Source: Phoronis australis (Eukaryota > Animalia > Phoronida). Taken from it: a stretch of DNA of 64,000 nt. The stretch is from NCBI GenBank assembly GCA_002633005.1, contig NMRA01000386.1:366393-430392 (forward strand), written 5' to 3'. Positions 26,221 through 39,300 of the stretch are shown one piece after another (within the stretch, counting starts at the first letter, position 1; every line of letters begins with the position of its first letter). The notes beneath the pieces are model-generated. The model did not search any database, was not told the origin of the DNA, and saw nothing but the letters and a program-made list of their open reading frames with translations. Both the position numbers and the translations under genes were made by a program.

Positions 26221-27715
26221 TCCCTAAAAAGAGGAATCTGCGCTGCTTACGGCTGCAACATGTCAGCTGAAAAATCGGGACTTTTTTCGCTTCCGCACTG
26301 ATATAAACAGGTGATACATAAGAGTGATACAAAGAATTCTTTTTGAGAATATGTTGCTAGTCAACCAGTGATGTTGGCAGAGTAATTTAAACTTGTCTTA
26401 CCTTTAAGTTCAAGGTTTTATTTGATTAAAAAGAAAAATAATGTAATCAGATACATGGGTACTTGATTTGAGAGGAACTAGAGTTACTCCCACTGAATCG
26501 GTAGTAACTGGTTTTCATATAAATGTTGAGTCAGGGAGCCACCTATCAAACAGTAAATGGAATTGTCCTGTATGGGTTGCATGACTTTGGGCCTACTGAT
26601 AATTGATGCTTCTATTCAGCGGTTGGATCTAAACTGTACTTTCTTTCATTTCTTCAATTCCCTTCTGTCTTTATACATCCAGATCCAAGACATGGGTGAT
26701 ACACAGCAAACGTGAGGGGCCTCCTAAGGAGAAATGCTATTTACTTAAACATCAATTATCGTATGTGTCTGACTGCCGTCCAAATGTTGACAACAGATTT
26801 GTTGGCCGAGTGCGATTTTAAGTACTTGATGGCAGACAGGATCAATCAAGACTGTATTGAGAATCTCTTTGCTTAAGTACGTGTCAAAGGGGGACATCGT
26901 TTCAACCCGTCAGCCAGTCTGCATACAGAGCACTGTCCATAAACATGCTGGTGGCTCCAGTGAAAGGTTCGAATTGTGTCCAGGATGGTTATCATCTCCT
27001 GGTTTCTTTGCATGAAGTCATCTTCCAACCTCTGACAGCCACCGATTCAAGTGAGGGAAGTGAAGTTGGGAACAAAGTCAGTTCTACAAAGAGGAAAGCT
27101 CATGACCGTGTACCACTGTGGAAAATGTGTCCAAGCGCTTGAAGGCCACAGGCATTGATTTAATCTACAGGAAAGCTGACATAGACTTGAAGAATCAAGC
27201 AAAACCTGGCTGTAGACACTCCCCCCCTGCTCGATACGGCAGATGACTTTTCTCTTTCATCATCAGTGACGAATGTCATCAGTTACATCGGTGGCTACAT
27301 AGTGAACAAACTGGCCTTTGAAGTCAGATGTCAGCCATGTTTGGAGAAACTGGCCAAAGAATGCAAGTCTGTTGAGGAGGAGGAACTAATGATTCACATT
27401 AAGGCATACACCAGAGATGCATTTGGCTCTCTTCATGTTCCGTCCCGTTCACTGTTGAATTATACCCCCAAACGAGTCGAAAAACTGTTTCAGAAGCATG
27501 TTGAGGCGGTGCTGGTGTTAGAAAAGGGGGTAATGAGTGAGCTCACAAAGTTAGTCTGGTCAACACTTCCTCAGCTCAGGCTGTGTGCGGGGCATCAAGA
27601 GGAAGCTGATACAGTCCTTAAATGTTACTTGAAAAGTAGGTTACACTACTACTTCAAGTTCCAGACAACATCTTTGAACTCCAAAAAGGCAAGAGCAGGA
27701 AGGCTTAAGTTTTGA
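26221..27715 (+). mobile_element. Internally deleted P-element/THAP9-like transposase relic
   Basis: THAP N-terminus CAAYGCN..FFRF (to a donor at 26311) and W..KRE (exon from 26683), then the C-terminal RNase H segment KYLMADRINQDCIENLFA*VRVKGGHRFNP and the tail YIGGYIVNKL..CQPC..GSLHVPS. Stops and frameshifts are present. Confidence 0.8.
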
Positions 27716-28523
27716 GACATGAGTAACTGTTATAGGCCATGAGAATAGTTACATGTGTTTAGTTCTATTATATGGTAGCACCACGGAACGAATGGAGATC
27801 ATTGATTGGAAAGCTTCGTCGTCCTTACCCTGAAGCTTGTCATTTTGACTAGCGGTCCATGGGACTTTAAACCTGTTGTATACTCGTTTATGTATTTATA
27901 TTAGATGATAGTAATGAACATCCCAGTTTACGGTGTACTGCAGTAGTTGGCACATTGTGTTGCGATTGTTAACAATTCAATGATCAGCCCTGGTTATTTT
28001 GTCTAATGTACACGTATACTCAATTAGAGCTTGCCCGTGTGGTAATATTCAACAAAATTTGGAAACAACTGCAGCATTTTTGCTTGAGCGCCCACAAGAT
28101 ATTCCTTGTTTGCTTCTTTACAGATTTCGATGAAACTTCGCGCTAAGGTTTATGGCTGAGATGCAGCAGCACCACACGAGCTTGGAACTAATTTAAATGC
28201 AGCGCCTCCCCATTTTCAACAAAACAGTTTAAGAGTAAAGTTATTGTCAAAATAGCTTAACAGTGTTCATGAAATATGACGCAGGGTTATACGGCAGAGA
28301 TACATTGGTATTGTAGTGCGAATCTGAAGTTCATTTGCCATAACAGCGATGCTTTTGGGCATTTTTCGAACTAAACGGCTAAAAACTCGAAGACAATAAC
28401 AGAATACACTCTGCTACCGTATTGGGCAAATAACCAAACGACAAGCTTTTGCCACTTCCCGTAACGTCACAGTTAAGTCTCACATAATCCCGCGTTATTG
28501 TTATAAACTCGCAAAAGGCCTAT

Positions 28524-30887
28524 TGACCTATCGCCAGGATTATGACGGACGGCTTAATTGACCAATCAGAACGCAGCATTCTTGGCACACCTTCGTCTGC
28601 GTTTCCAAGCCGCCATTTTACCCGACAAACCACACGCAGTCGAGTAAAACTTACTTTAGTCTATAGCTCAAGAAATTGTCCGCTAAGAATGGGAAAACGG
28701 TGTTGATATGACGTGTGTAGCACCGACAGACGTTATGCTGCTCCAGAATAATATCCCGTCATTTTTTGGCATGTCCTAAGCCGAAAAATGATGTTGAAAA
28801 GCGTAAGCTATGGATCAAACTGTACGGCCACACGAGCAGCTGAACTTAGCGATGTTGCTTGATAACTCGAGGGCTATAATAAACACAAATATATTAGTTC
28901 CAAGATACGCACTTTTCAGCTTGGTTGCTATGGTGCAGAGCTATCTCAGATTTTGACTCCCGAATTGGCTACGTCTGGCCGCCTTTGTTTCGGCACCTGC
29001 TGGATCTCAGCACATAGCGGTAGTCCCCGGAAATTGTTGTTTTCAAGGACATTTTTATTTTATGTTTTTTTTTTNACATTTTAAGAGTAAAATTATTGTC
29101 AAAATAGCTTAACAGTGTTCATGAAATATGACGCAGGGTTATACGGCAGAGATACATTGGTACTACTTGATTTTCGTAGTTTTAACTTTATTTATTTTCT
29201 ATTGTGGTATGAACATTTTTAATTGTGAGGCAGGTAACCTACTTTATAATTTGCTATAGAAGTGTTGAAGGAAATGCTCCTTTAAATGCATTTTAGCCCC
29301 ACATTGGTGGGTACTTGGTAGACTATGTCTACTAAAACCTGTTACACTCACTACAATGCCATTAGTTTCGACTTTTGTTTGAAACCGGTCTTAAAACAAT
29401 ACGGGAAATAAGGTATCCATATGTTATTTACGTCCATAGTATTCATTTTACACGCCGACGTGCATTTAGGCCTTATTATGCCTTTAACAATTGGCCAATA
29501 GTTGAGTTAATAATATATGACTTGACAATTTGAAATTTTGTGTAAGATTGAAAAGGTGTGCCCACACATACCATGACAACTACCTACATGTATCATTAGC
29601 CAGTTAGTAGATATGCGACGCAAAATCATGGACTTAAGTTTCTGGTCAAATTTCGGAACGTAGTGTACTGTGTGCAAGCATCTAAACCGTATATTCTCTC
29701 GAAGATAAGAGCCAAGGCGTAACGTTGGGATATAATTAGCGCGCCCGCAGTTGCCCATTTTTCCCGCCACGTTCGACATAATCCGTCTGCTGTCCGTTAT
29801 TTCCCATACTCTCAACTTTGTAGCTGTTTCTGTCTAACTGCTCACTGCACAATAGCTCACTTGCGAGTTTCTCGCTAGTCACTGTGACGTCACCGGAAAG
29901 GGGGCAAAACCCGCCATATTGCTCTTGTTTTGACCCGAGTCTTTGCTACACACGCTAAAACTTACTGGAGTTCTTATGGTGAATTTTACGCTTAAAACGT
30001 TAAAACAACTTAAGATATGGTAGATGGGTCGTGGAACAACTGTGAATAGACGAAGAAAATGTGACCTTGTTATGTTGTGCGAAGCTGTGAATGGACTGAA
30101 ATTGGAACTTAACCCGCTCTAGGCCTGAATGGCGCAGGCATACAGGGGCGATAGTGTATCCCCATAAAAAGATATTCACTTCAAAATACAGCAAATAAAA
30201 TCAAATGAAACATGCATATGTGCACATGAAGTTATAATTAACACATACCCTGANGCCTAGACCTACCGGAGGACGAGATGAGTGTGTACCTGAGCTATGA
30301 ACCTGAATTTTTTTATCAAAATATTTCGTTACAAGATTAGAAAAGCTATCGAGTCGATCTAATCAGAGACTATAGTGCATGTGTTGTCTGTAATCTATGA
30401 CCTACTTTACTCCAGGAGTCCCACCAGTTGTGACCTACTTTTCATTTGGCGAAATTTAGCAGACAGAATAAAAATATCGGTGAATCTTCACTGATTTTAT
30501 TCGAAAGATCATGATATCTATGGAATCGCAAGGATTATTCGACTTTAAGGTACATACCCAGCTTTACAAGAATATATCGTATCCGTGGCTTTGTCATTTG
30601 TCAGGTGAAGGTGGCCCCGAGGCCGAGGGGTTCTTCGGATTTTCGCTGGCTCCTCGAGCACTTATTTTTTATCGTCACCTTTACAAATTCCCATATCATG
30701 AACGTACGATTCACTGTTGAAAAGCATCGCCTCTTGTCTCTGCCGACGCGTTTTCAAATAGTGCAAAAACACTCATCGATTCCACCAGGAACGTCGTTTA
30801 GCGACAGGTGTATTTGCCTCTGACATCTCGTTCGAATGTCGGGTATCACGTGACTTTTCACATAGGGGCGGAGCTTGCGATAGGTCA
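28524..30887 (+). mobile_element. THAP-bearing TIR element with AT flanks, ISL2EU-like, non-autonomous
   Basis: Ends TGACCTATCGC...GCGATAGGTCA, both flanked by AT. Decayed THAP from ATG 28689 (MGKRC*YDVC..PKPKNDVEKRKLWIKL..PHEQLN). It spans two N joins (29075, 30254), so contiguity is not guaranteed. Confidence 0.6.
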
Positions 30888-31075
30888 ATTTTAAAGCTAA
30901 ACATGCAATTGGTTGTCGGATCCCTACTGCAGTGCAGCGTAGCGATATCTACGATGAAGCTTTAGGCTAAAGATAGGACGGTGGAATGTTAGTCGGGTCT
31001 AGTGCGAAAGGAGACAATTTGGTACGGTAGGTTATCACACTGATCTAAAATGTTAATTTCAACCGCAAACTACTC

Positions 31076-31309
31076 CAGAGGCGGATCTACAGGGGGGTTC
31101 AGGGGGTCCAACCCCCTCCCCTCGGGACAGGAACAATAATAAAAATTGAAAAAAAACTTCGCCAGAAAAACGAAATTGGCTACTAAAAACCACAAAAAAT
31201 CTTACACGAGAGGAGGGAAACCCTGTCCCCACCTTCTCCTCCTACACGCCTCGGATTCGCTCGAATCCTAACCCCCCTCCCTCTTACTGAAAACGTAGAT
31301 CTGCCACTG
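31076..31309. mobile_element. GC-rich MITE with 5-bp TSD (TACTC)
   Basis: TIRs CAGAGGCGGATCTAC / GTAGATCTGCCACTG; tactc directly on both sides (31071-31075, 31310-31314). Confidence 0.8.
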
Positions 31310-31394
31310 TACTCCGAACTAACTCAGATAAGAAAGCAGCTTAAGACTTCATTTTTGTGACTTGAAAATAATTATTTTTGAATCTTTCAAGACG

Positions 31395-32050
31395 AGATGG
31401 GCTCCGCTAGAAAGACGTGGTATTACGACTTCATGAAGAGGCACCCGAACTCTTGCTTCGCCAGGCCCAAGCAACCTCAACGGCACGTGTTGGAAAGAAA
31501 GTGTAAATGACAACTTTGACAAAGAAGAGTCACTCATTGACAGGAACAAGTTTACGTTTACCCACATATATAACATGGATGAACGTGGAATAGCAACAGT
31601 TCAGATATGTGGGAAAGAAGTTGGAAGACGTGGTAAAGAATAGTTTGGTAGGGGAAATGGATTTTGTTCAGTGCTATCTGACGTACCCCGGAGCGCAAAA
31701 TTTACGTGGTTTTTAAATGTTCTTGAATATGGGAACCACTTTGTGAAATACAACAGCAATGGAGATCATTCCAGTCAAAAAGAGGCCCACTGTGTGAGAA
31801 TACTCGCAAGTCAACATGTTTCACTGAATATTTCAAATGGAAGTCCATTTGAAAAAATCTCCGATGGAAAAAGAAAAAGACCTTAAAAAGACCCTGGAAA
31901 AAGTCTGGAAGTGAAGAAAACAAAGCAGAATGACAACAGCTGATATTGCCCTCTCTCGAAAGAAAGGTTCCTCGTTTTGATTGCGGGACATGGATCCATG
32001 AAACGCGAGCGGGTGGAATTATCCCCCGATTCCAATGTGATCACTGTGGA
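31395..32050 (+). mobile_element. pogo/CENP-B (DDE_1) transposase relic with PHD-like tail, internally deleted
   Basis: Frameshifted peptides TWYYDFMKRHP, LRQAQATSTARV (CENP-B HTH), IYNMDERGIATVQ..RRGK (first catalytic D region), GSPF and CGTWIHE..FQCDHC. Confidence 0.75.
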
Positions 32051-32238
32051 AGTTTCTTAAGACAGTTGAATTAAGATATCCTTCATTTCTTATAAGTTGA
32101 ATCCGAGTGTGCTGAAGCATCTCTTGGTCTACGATTCCATTCTGATTTACATTAAAGGTGTCAAAAGGACAGCGCTTTTAGTTTGAATAAGTTGAGGAAG
32201 GGAACAAATTCTAAATGTCAATACTCACTACTTTAAAA

Positions 32239-32761
32239 TTAAGAGAGGCTTAGAACGCGATAAACAGACTAAATTGCAATATCCAAAATGGTTCTCTGCC
32301 ATTCAACCTGCTCACCAGGTATTTTTAGGGTCTGAATGTAAAGATTTTTAATTTCTGTTGATATCAAAGGATTTTCTTTAAGTTTCAAATTTCAAAAAAC
32401 GACCTGTTAACTGCTTGCCCCTTTCGTCGACTTTTCGATAAGGCAAAGCACGTCTCCTATGACGGATGTTGCACATTTCCCCTTTCTGGAAAATGTGACC
32501 TTTGACCTCAAGCAACATGAAGCAACTGACTCGGAGCTCATGCGAGCATCAATTATAAATGGGAGGAAGATTAGAAAATGGCAACCACAGAGTTTTTCCT
32601 TCTCACGTATTTCAAAAATCGTGTATTTTGAGATTTTCTCCGGAAATTTCCTCACAGGGAGCGTGAATTACTCTGTACTAGAGGTTGCGAGATATTACCT
32701 TGGCCGTGGACTGTTCAAAAGATATCTTTGACGAGCTTTCGCGTTCCATGGCCTCTTTTAA
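32239..32761. mobile_element. TTAA-flanked non-autonomous element (Kolobok-like MITE)
   Basis: ttaagagaggcttagaacgcga versus the reverse complement of the right end, ttaaaagaggccatggaacgcga. Confidence 0.5.
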
Positions 32762-33333
32762 AGAGTTGATTTTAAGATAAAAACATTTCTAGTTATTGTT
32801 CTGTCAGGTAACTAAGTGTTTAATTAATTCCAGTTGCAATGTTTTACATCAAATTTTTGATGACGTTTTCTTTTTGAACACGTGGTAACTTTTATTGCAC
32901 CTCTGGTGTAATAAAAATACCATTTGGTCCAATTTAAGGGACCAGTCTTTTATTGAACTTTTTTGAAATTAAGTTTTCGCAATGACGTCATAATTATAAA
33001 GTTTTTGAAAGGAAGGAGTAACTGTTATCAAAGAAGATCATTTTCCATAATTTCCACTAAAAAAGTTACATTTGCCGCTCCAGGGGCATTTGGTTTATCC
33101 CCAGGCAAAGTGAGGGTCCAATACAGCTCATTCTCCTCCTAAATGGACAGAGATCAGGCCAATTCATAGGGTATGCGACGGTGCGAACGAAACACAAAAA
33201 TAGATTTTTAAACCTACCGGTGTTTACCTACGGAAATTTGCACCTTTATGCTCCGAGCAGAAGAACTGTGCCACAACTAAGGTTAAAGTTATCAAGCTTT
33301 CTAGATTCCAGAACATTGGGCACTGATTTCAAC

Positions 33334-36300
33334 CTATTTTGTCTCCTCCACAACGAGTGAACTCAATACATTACAATCATCATAGTTTGTTGAAGCGCCT
33401 TTCTTGCCACAAGCACTTTCACCAGGAACATCATCAGACCCTCTGGTGGCCGCAAGTGCATTCAAGGTACTAGGCGAGACGGTAGTCAGGGAGATTCCTT
33501 TGTGGGCATACCGGCAATGTTTCATCATTGCCTTCACTGAATTGAAGGTATTGTCGCACATGAGACATGAGAACTTGGGTAAGTTTGATACATTACAACC
33601 ATCATAGTTTGCAGAAGCATCTTTCTTGTCACAACCATCATGACTTTCATCAGATCGCCTGGTGGTCTCGCGTGCGTTGAAGGTGGCAGACGAGACGGCG
33701 GCGATGGATACTCCCTTATGCGCATACCGAAAATGTTTCAACATTGCCTTCAATGACTTGAACGTAGATGTATTATCGCACACGGGACATCGTAACTCTT
33801 GGTTAAAGTGTGAAAGTCGGTGTTGAGTTAGAGTAACTTTTCTGGCAAAGTATCGGTTGCATATGTCGCACTGGAATGGCTGCTCCCCCGTGTGCTGTCT
33901 GCGATGTACTGCATAAATTTCACGATGCATAAGCATCAAGCCGCAGTCTTCACACACTGCCGGGTTCTTCCACTTGTTAGATGTTGTGTGGTTTTGTTTT
34001 ACGTGATCTGTTAGCTGACTGATGAGCTCAAACTGGACCGAACAAAGTTTACACAGGTATGTCTTCGGAGGCTGCGACTGCACTGCTGAAGTGTTTATTA
34101 ACTCTGGCGTGCATACTTTACACACATGAGGTTCAACGCCAGGTGTAGCATGAGATGAATTAAAGTGGGCACACCTATCTAAAGCGTACTTGAAACTTTC
34201 GTCGCACTTTGTACACTTGTACATTTTCAAGTGATCCGATTGCTTAACACCAGCTACGCTAGTGTGTTCGGTTCGCTCTTGGTCAGATATACACACCCTC
34301 TTAAATATGGGGCAATTGGTTTTTTGATTGTGAACCAGGACATCCTTCTGTGTGCAACTGGTCATGTGACAGCGGAGGCTCTCTTGGTCCACAAAGCGAC
34401 ATCCGCATATATTGCAAGGGTATGGCTTCTCACTCGGCCTGCAGCTAGCCTGGTGGCTGATGCGATTGGCCTCTTTCACGAAACTCACACCGCATACCTT
34501 GCATTTAAACGACGGGTTGCGCAGTCCACACAATGTCTCGTGCTTGACACGCTGTTCTCTCTTCACAAACCCACGGCCACACTCCTTACACTTATGCGGC
34601 CTCTCCTTCTCTGGTAGATGGTAGCTCCTGTGAGCTTTCAGAGAAGATATACTAACGCATGTATGCCCACAGATGTCACACACATATGGCCGGTAGCCCG
34701 TGTGTTGCCGGTAATGTATCTGGAAATAGTATTTGCGTCGAAACTGTCGTCCACACCGGTCGCAACAGTAATTCCTTTTTCCGGTGTGCACTGTCTCGTG
34801 GTCATCAAGGTTATGCTGCGATTTGAAAGATTGGCCACAGAAGCGGCATTCGAACTTTCTCCGGTAACGATGCTTCCGGAACGTATGCTGATAGAGCTGT
34901 CTCAGGTTGCTATACGTTTCACCACACACTTTGCACGTGGGTGTGGCCTGGTGATAGACCATGTGCGCCTTCATGTGACACTCAAAGTAGAAAGTCTTTT
35001 GACATACCTCGCACGGCACATTCTTGTCATGTCGGTTGCCCTTGTGTTTCGCAAGGCCGGCCCTAGTATGGAAACTTCGACTACACAAATCGCATTTGAA
35101 CGTCCCTTCATCTACCTTAACTTCTGGACGAGTCTCGACCAAACCGGGTTTTGGCATGATTTTAACTGGAGTACGCACAGCTGTGGGTGATGCATTTGGG
35201 ACACTCATTGACACCTGAGCAGGTGTCAAGACGATCGGAGTGAGTGGTGAACTGGCACAATCTACTGAGGGATGCCCCGACGTCAAGATAATCTGACCTG
35301 AGTTGACAGTCATATTTGGTAGGACAGTTCCTGGTGGTAGCAAGATGAACTGTGACGTAGTTGATGAACCTGGCGATGCACCTGATGACCCCTGTGATGC
35401 ACCTGTTGATCCCCGTGTACCTGGTGACCCCAGTGATGCAACTGATGATCTCTGTGTTCTTGATGACCCCTGCCATGCACTTGCTGACCTATGCAATGCA
35501 CTTGATGACTCCTGCAAAGCATCAGATGACCCCTGTTGATTAACACGAAGGCCTTGCTTAGATTTTGTTTCATTCAACCTCAGCTCTTTCCTTTTGGTTG
35601 TTGGAGCACAGGCTGCACGTTTAGCATAGCCATGTTCAACAAAGTCTTCAGGTGCACCGGGATCAATCCCCTTCTCATCAGGGTGAAAAATACGCCACGT
35701 GATACCTTCTCCATATAGCCGTTTATTCAATTTGCATTTCTTACTAATAGTATTCACAGCCTGGCCTCTGATGAGATCTCTTACTTCGGGTTTTTCATCT
35801 GCAACTGAGACTAGAGTCTCCGAAGACTGCATTTCCTTGTCTGTACCTGCTGACTCGGTGTCATGTTCACTCTCATTTACCTGGGGCGGCTCGACAACAG
35901 CAGCTTGCTCCGGACTTGTCGGTAAACAAGCATACGGCATCTGCTGGCTTTCACTATGAAACCGGATCACATTCATTTGCTGTCTTTCAGTTGACACTGA
36001 GCTCAGCCAGGGATAGTCTTTACCTTCGAGAATGCTAGGAGAGGGTTTAAACTCCATGATCATTGATCTGTTTGTATCAACGCCGTTATGGTTTCCGTCA
36101 AAGTGGTTGACTTCCTCACCCTGAAAAGGAAAAGCAAACCACATTGGCAAATCATGTGACCACACAATGCATTATGTAATCAAAACCTGCAGAGGATATG
36201 TTTGATCATTAGTTGATCTACCTGACGATGCCAATTGTGAAGCTTTCAGAAATATATGCACTTTATAATTCAACCCATATTCACAGCAAATAATGCATTT

Positions 36301-39300
36301 AATCATTCTATGCCCAAATTCTGACACCAGTCCTTACACACCCTTGAGACAGGACTCCCTCTTCAATTGCAGGAAAGGGTAGAACAGTCATGTTGCAAAA
36401 AAAATAAATAAAGAGTTTATTGTAGTGAAAATGCAAGAAAAAGTGGAACAAGTATAAACAACTCAGGTGGTTAAATGTAAACTTCAATGCATTAACAGCA
36501 TATATAAATTTTCTCAGGCTTTCGGGTAAAAAGCACGACAGAATTTTGAAAGAAAATTATGCAGCAGGACCTGAGAAAAAATAAGTCAAGAACAGAAATT
36601 TTGGGAGCAGATTTTGTCAAAAACGAACAGAAATGTTCACCTCATACCAGTCAGAACACACAGCACATGCGTACTGTCTCTAAAAAGCATAACAGCTACT
36701 CTAAGTAAGAACAATTAATCTTCTTTCACGCCATATGTGGGTCACTTCACGTAATGAAAAGATCTAGGTACCGACAAGGGTTCGAACTGGGACTTTCAGC
36801 AAACCGCGCAAACGTTCTATTCTATTGACTTTTTTCTAAACATTCTGGTTGTTCTGTGGCATAAAATCACTCATTTCAGGTTCCATGGTTTTAGAAAACA
36901 GTGGGTGCGATTACAGCTAACACAGACTGACATAGTCGTTTCAATGGGAGTCATTTCAGTCCCCCTCATTGGATATTCCACGCTCAAAACATTCTTTAAG
37001 AAGACGGCAAATCATTTACCACACACAAAAAGCAAGAATTAGTTGCGGGTCAGTCCGAAGGATAGTCCAAAATGAAATTCCCTTTGGCAACCTAGTCCTA
37101 AGGGATGATAGTCTGAAAATGAATTTAACCAGCAGTGTCACATTTTGCCAGATTGAATTTGGCAGTCGAGCTATCAGAACCTGCTTCTGTGTACTGAAGA
37201 AATAGCAGAAAAGATCTAGCAAATCCAAAACTCAACACAAACAGGAAATTCGGAGGTAAACAGTTTGCTCTTGCTTAGGTCCTTATGCATGGAGAAAAGG
37301 TGGCCTAGAGAACAACTTCCACTCCACCACTTCGATAACTAGGCTACATATTGACAACTGCTTCTTGTACCTTGTATGTTGCTGTACACGCTGCTTCTCC
37401 AGGTGATATTTTGATAATCTCCAGTTATTGCGCATCAAATGACACCCCACCCCTAGTATCAAAAAGAGGAAATGTGTACATCTCATTTTTGGAGTCTAAA
37501 GCAAGAACACTGAACCTGGTTTTAAGTTTTTCTATCAATATCATGTATAGATACATACATACATAGTTACATACATGCATGCATACACACACACACACAC
37601 ACGCACACACACACTCACACACATGCATACACACATAGATAGATACACAAGTCAGTATTCTTAATACTAAGTTCCAGTTCAAGCCATGTCACGAAATTTC
37701 ACAAAAATAGATCATGTATTATTTACTTTACATTCCCTGTCTATTCCTTACACTCCATTTCACACTATTTTTGAAGCACAGTTTCTTCGCCAGCTCTACT
37801 TCAAAGTTTAAACAAATGTAACCATTTTAAGGCATGTCGCAATAAAGGTTAAGTACATAATTATATGCTCGCATACCATGGTGTTACCCAGTGTATGACC
37901 TTGAAGTCCTGAAAGGCTAGTTTAATCGATAATAAAATGAGAACTATTAAAATGTCAACATATTTTTCTGCTGTGACGTATTACACTAGATGTGCAAGTA
38001 AAACAAAACTTATTCAAATTATAGTTTCCACAATTATATCTAAAATACGACTTTGGGCTACCTTTCCACCGGAAGTAGTCGTCAAATCAATGCCATTTTA
38101 AGCTGTCCCCAAATGTGAAACAAAAATCGGATTTAAATTTTGCATTTTCACATTTCTAAAACATCTAAATGCTGAAAGCATTTTTATAATTAAAAATTAT
38201 GTGAAAAAGGTTCTCTGTCCAATTACTGAAGTTTTCTGTCCTCTCTGATTACTGCAATAAATTTATGATAATGGCACCCTTTTTTGCCTTTCCTGTTATA
38301 AGATCATGTAAATAATACCTGTAAGAAGACTTATTAACCAATTATTTGCACCTTATTTCATAAATGACCGGATGAAACTCAATACTTGGCTTTATTTGAA
38401 ACAAGGGTCATCCAAGCAATTTTTACAGCTCTCTAAGAGTTTCATGCACTACAAAAAACATGAGAAATGGTGTATCCAAAAATCAGCACTAACATATTAG
38501 TCTGTTTCTTTTCAGTTGAACAATACTGAAGAAAATGTGAAAATTTCTCATTTTTTGATGTCAAGTAATTTTTGTTACAAATACAAGAGGTAACTAGAAA
38601 GATTATTGTCACGGCGTGACAATAACGGACTCTGCACGTGCATATTACTGAAATTATTATGGGAAGTTACTGACAACAACCCGTTTACCAATATGAAAAG
38701 GAATTCTTCGAAATTGTAGGAGAAATTACATATTAATTTTTTGATGACCTTTCCACTAATTGACCTCTTCTGGTGCATTATGAGCCCCGATGAGGGAGTA
38801 ATTGTTAACTCGATTAAAAGTGTGGTTAATGCTAATAATCACAAATGTTTTACTTTAAGCACTTCAGAATACAAGATGAATGAAGTGGTCACACTTTCAG
38901 AAGAAAAATGCACCTAATGACCCCATGGGTGCACCAAATGACCTGAAAATTTAGAATTCAAACTCAATTGCACTTAGTAAACAGATACGTAATTCTGAAG
39001 TCTCTAGCTCAAAATTTTAGTTTGCACTCAATGACCTTTGACCTATTTTTTCTGATTGGTAAGGCCTATTGCGAAGTAAAGTAGGGTATTCACTTGACAT
39101 GTTGACTTACACCAGTGTGCTGAAATTGAAAAGAATTCCTTGAAAAACGTAAGAGATATAACATTTTGAACGTTACATGACCTTTGCACTAATTGACCTT
39201 ATCCGGTACATTTTAAGCATCTTTAGGAGAATTATTGCAAAGCCCATGGAAAATGTGTTTAACTCTGAGAATCAAAGTTGTCTAACGGTTGACACATCAG

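Noticed and set aside
37360-37460. Candidate exon 3 for paralog 2
   Set aside because: Has AG/GT-like boundaries, but two frames contain stops and none resembles paralog 1 exon 3; not supportable without RNA data.
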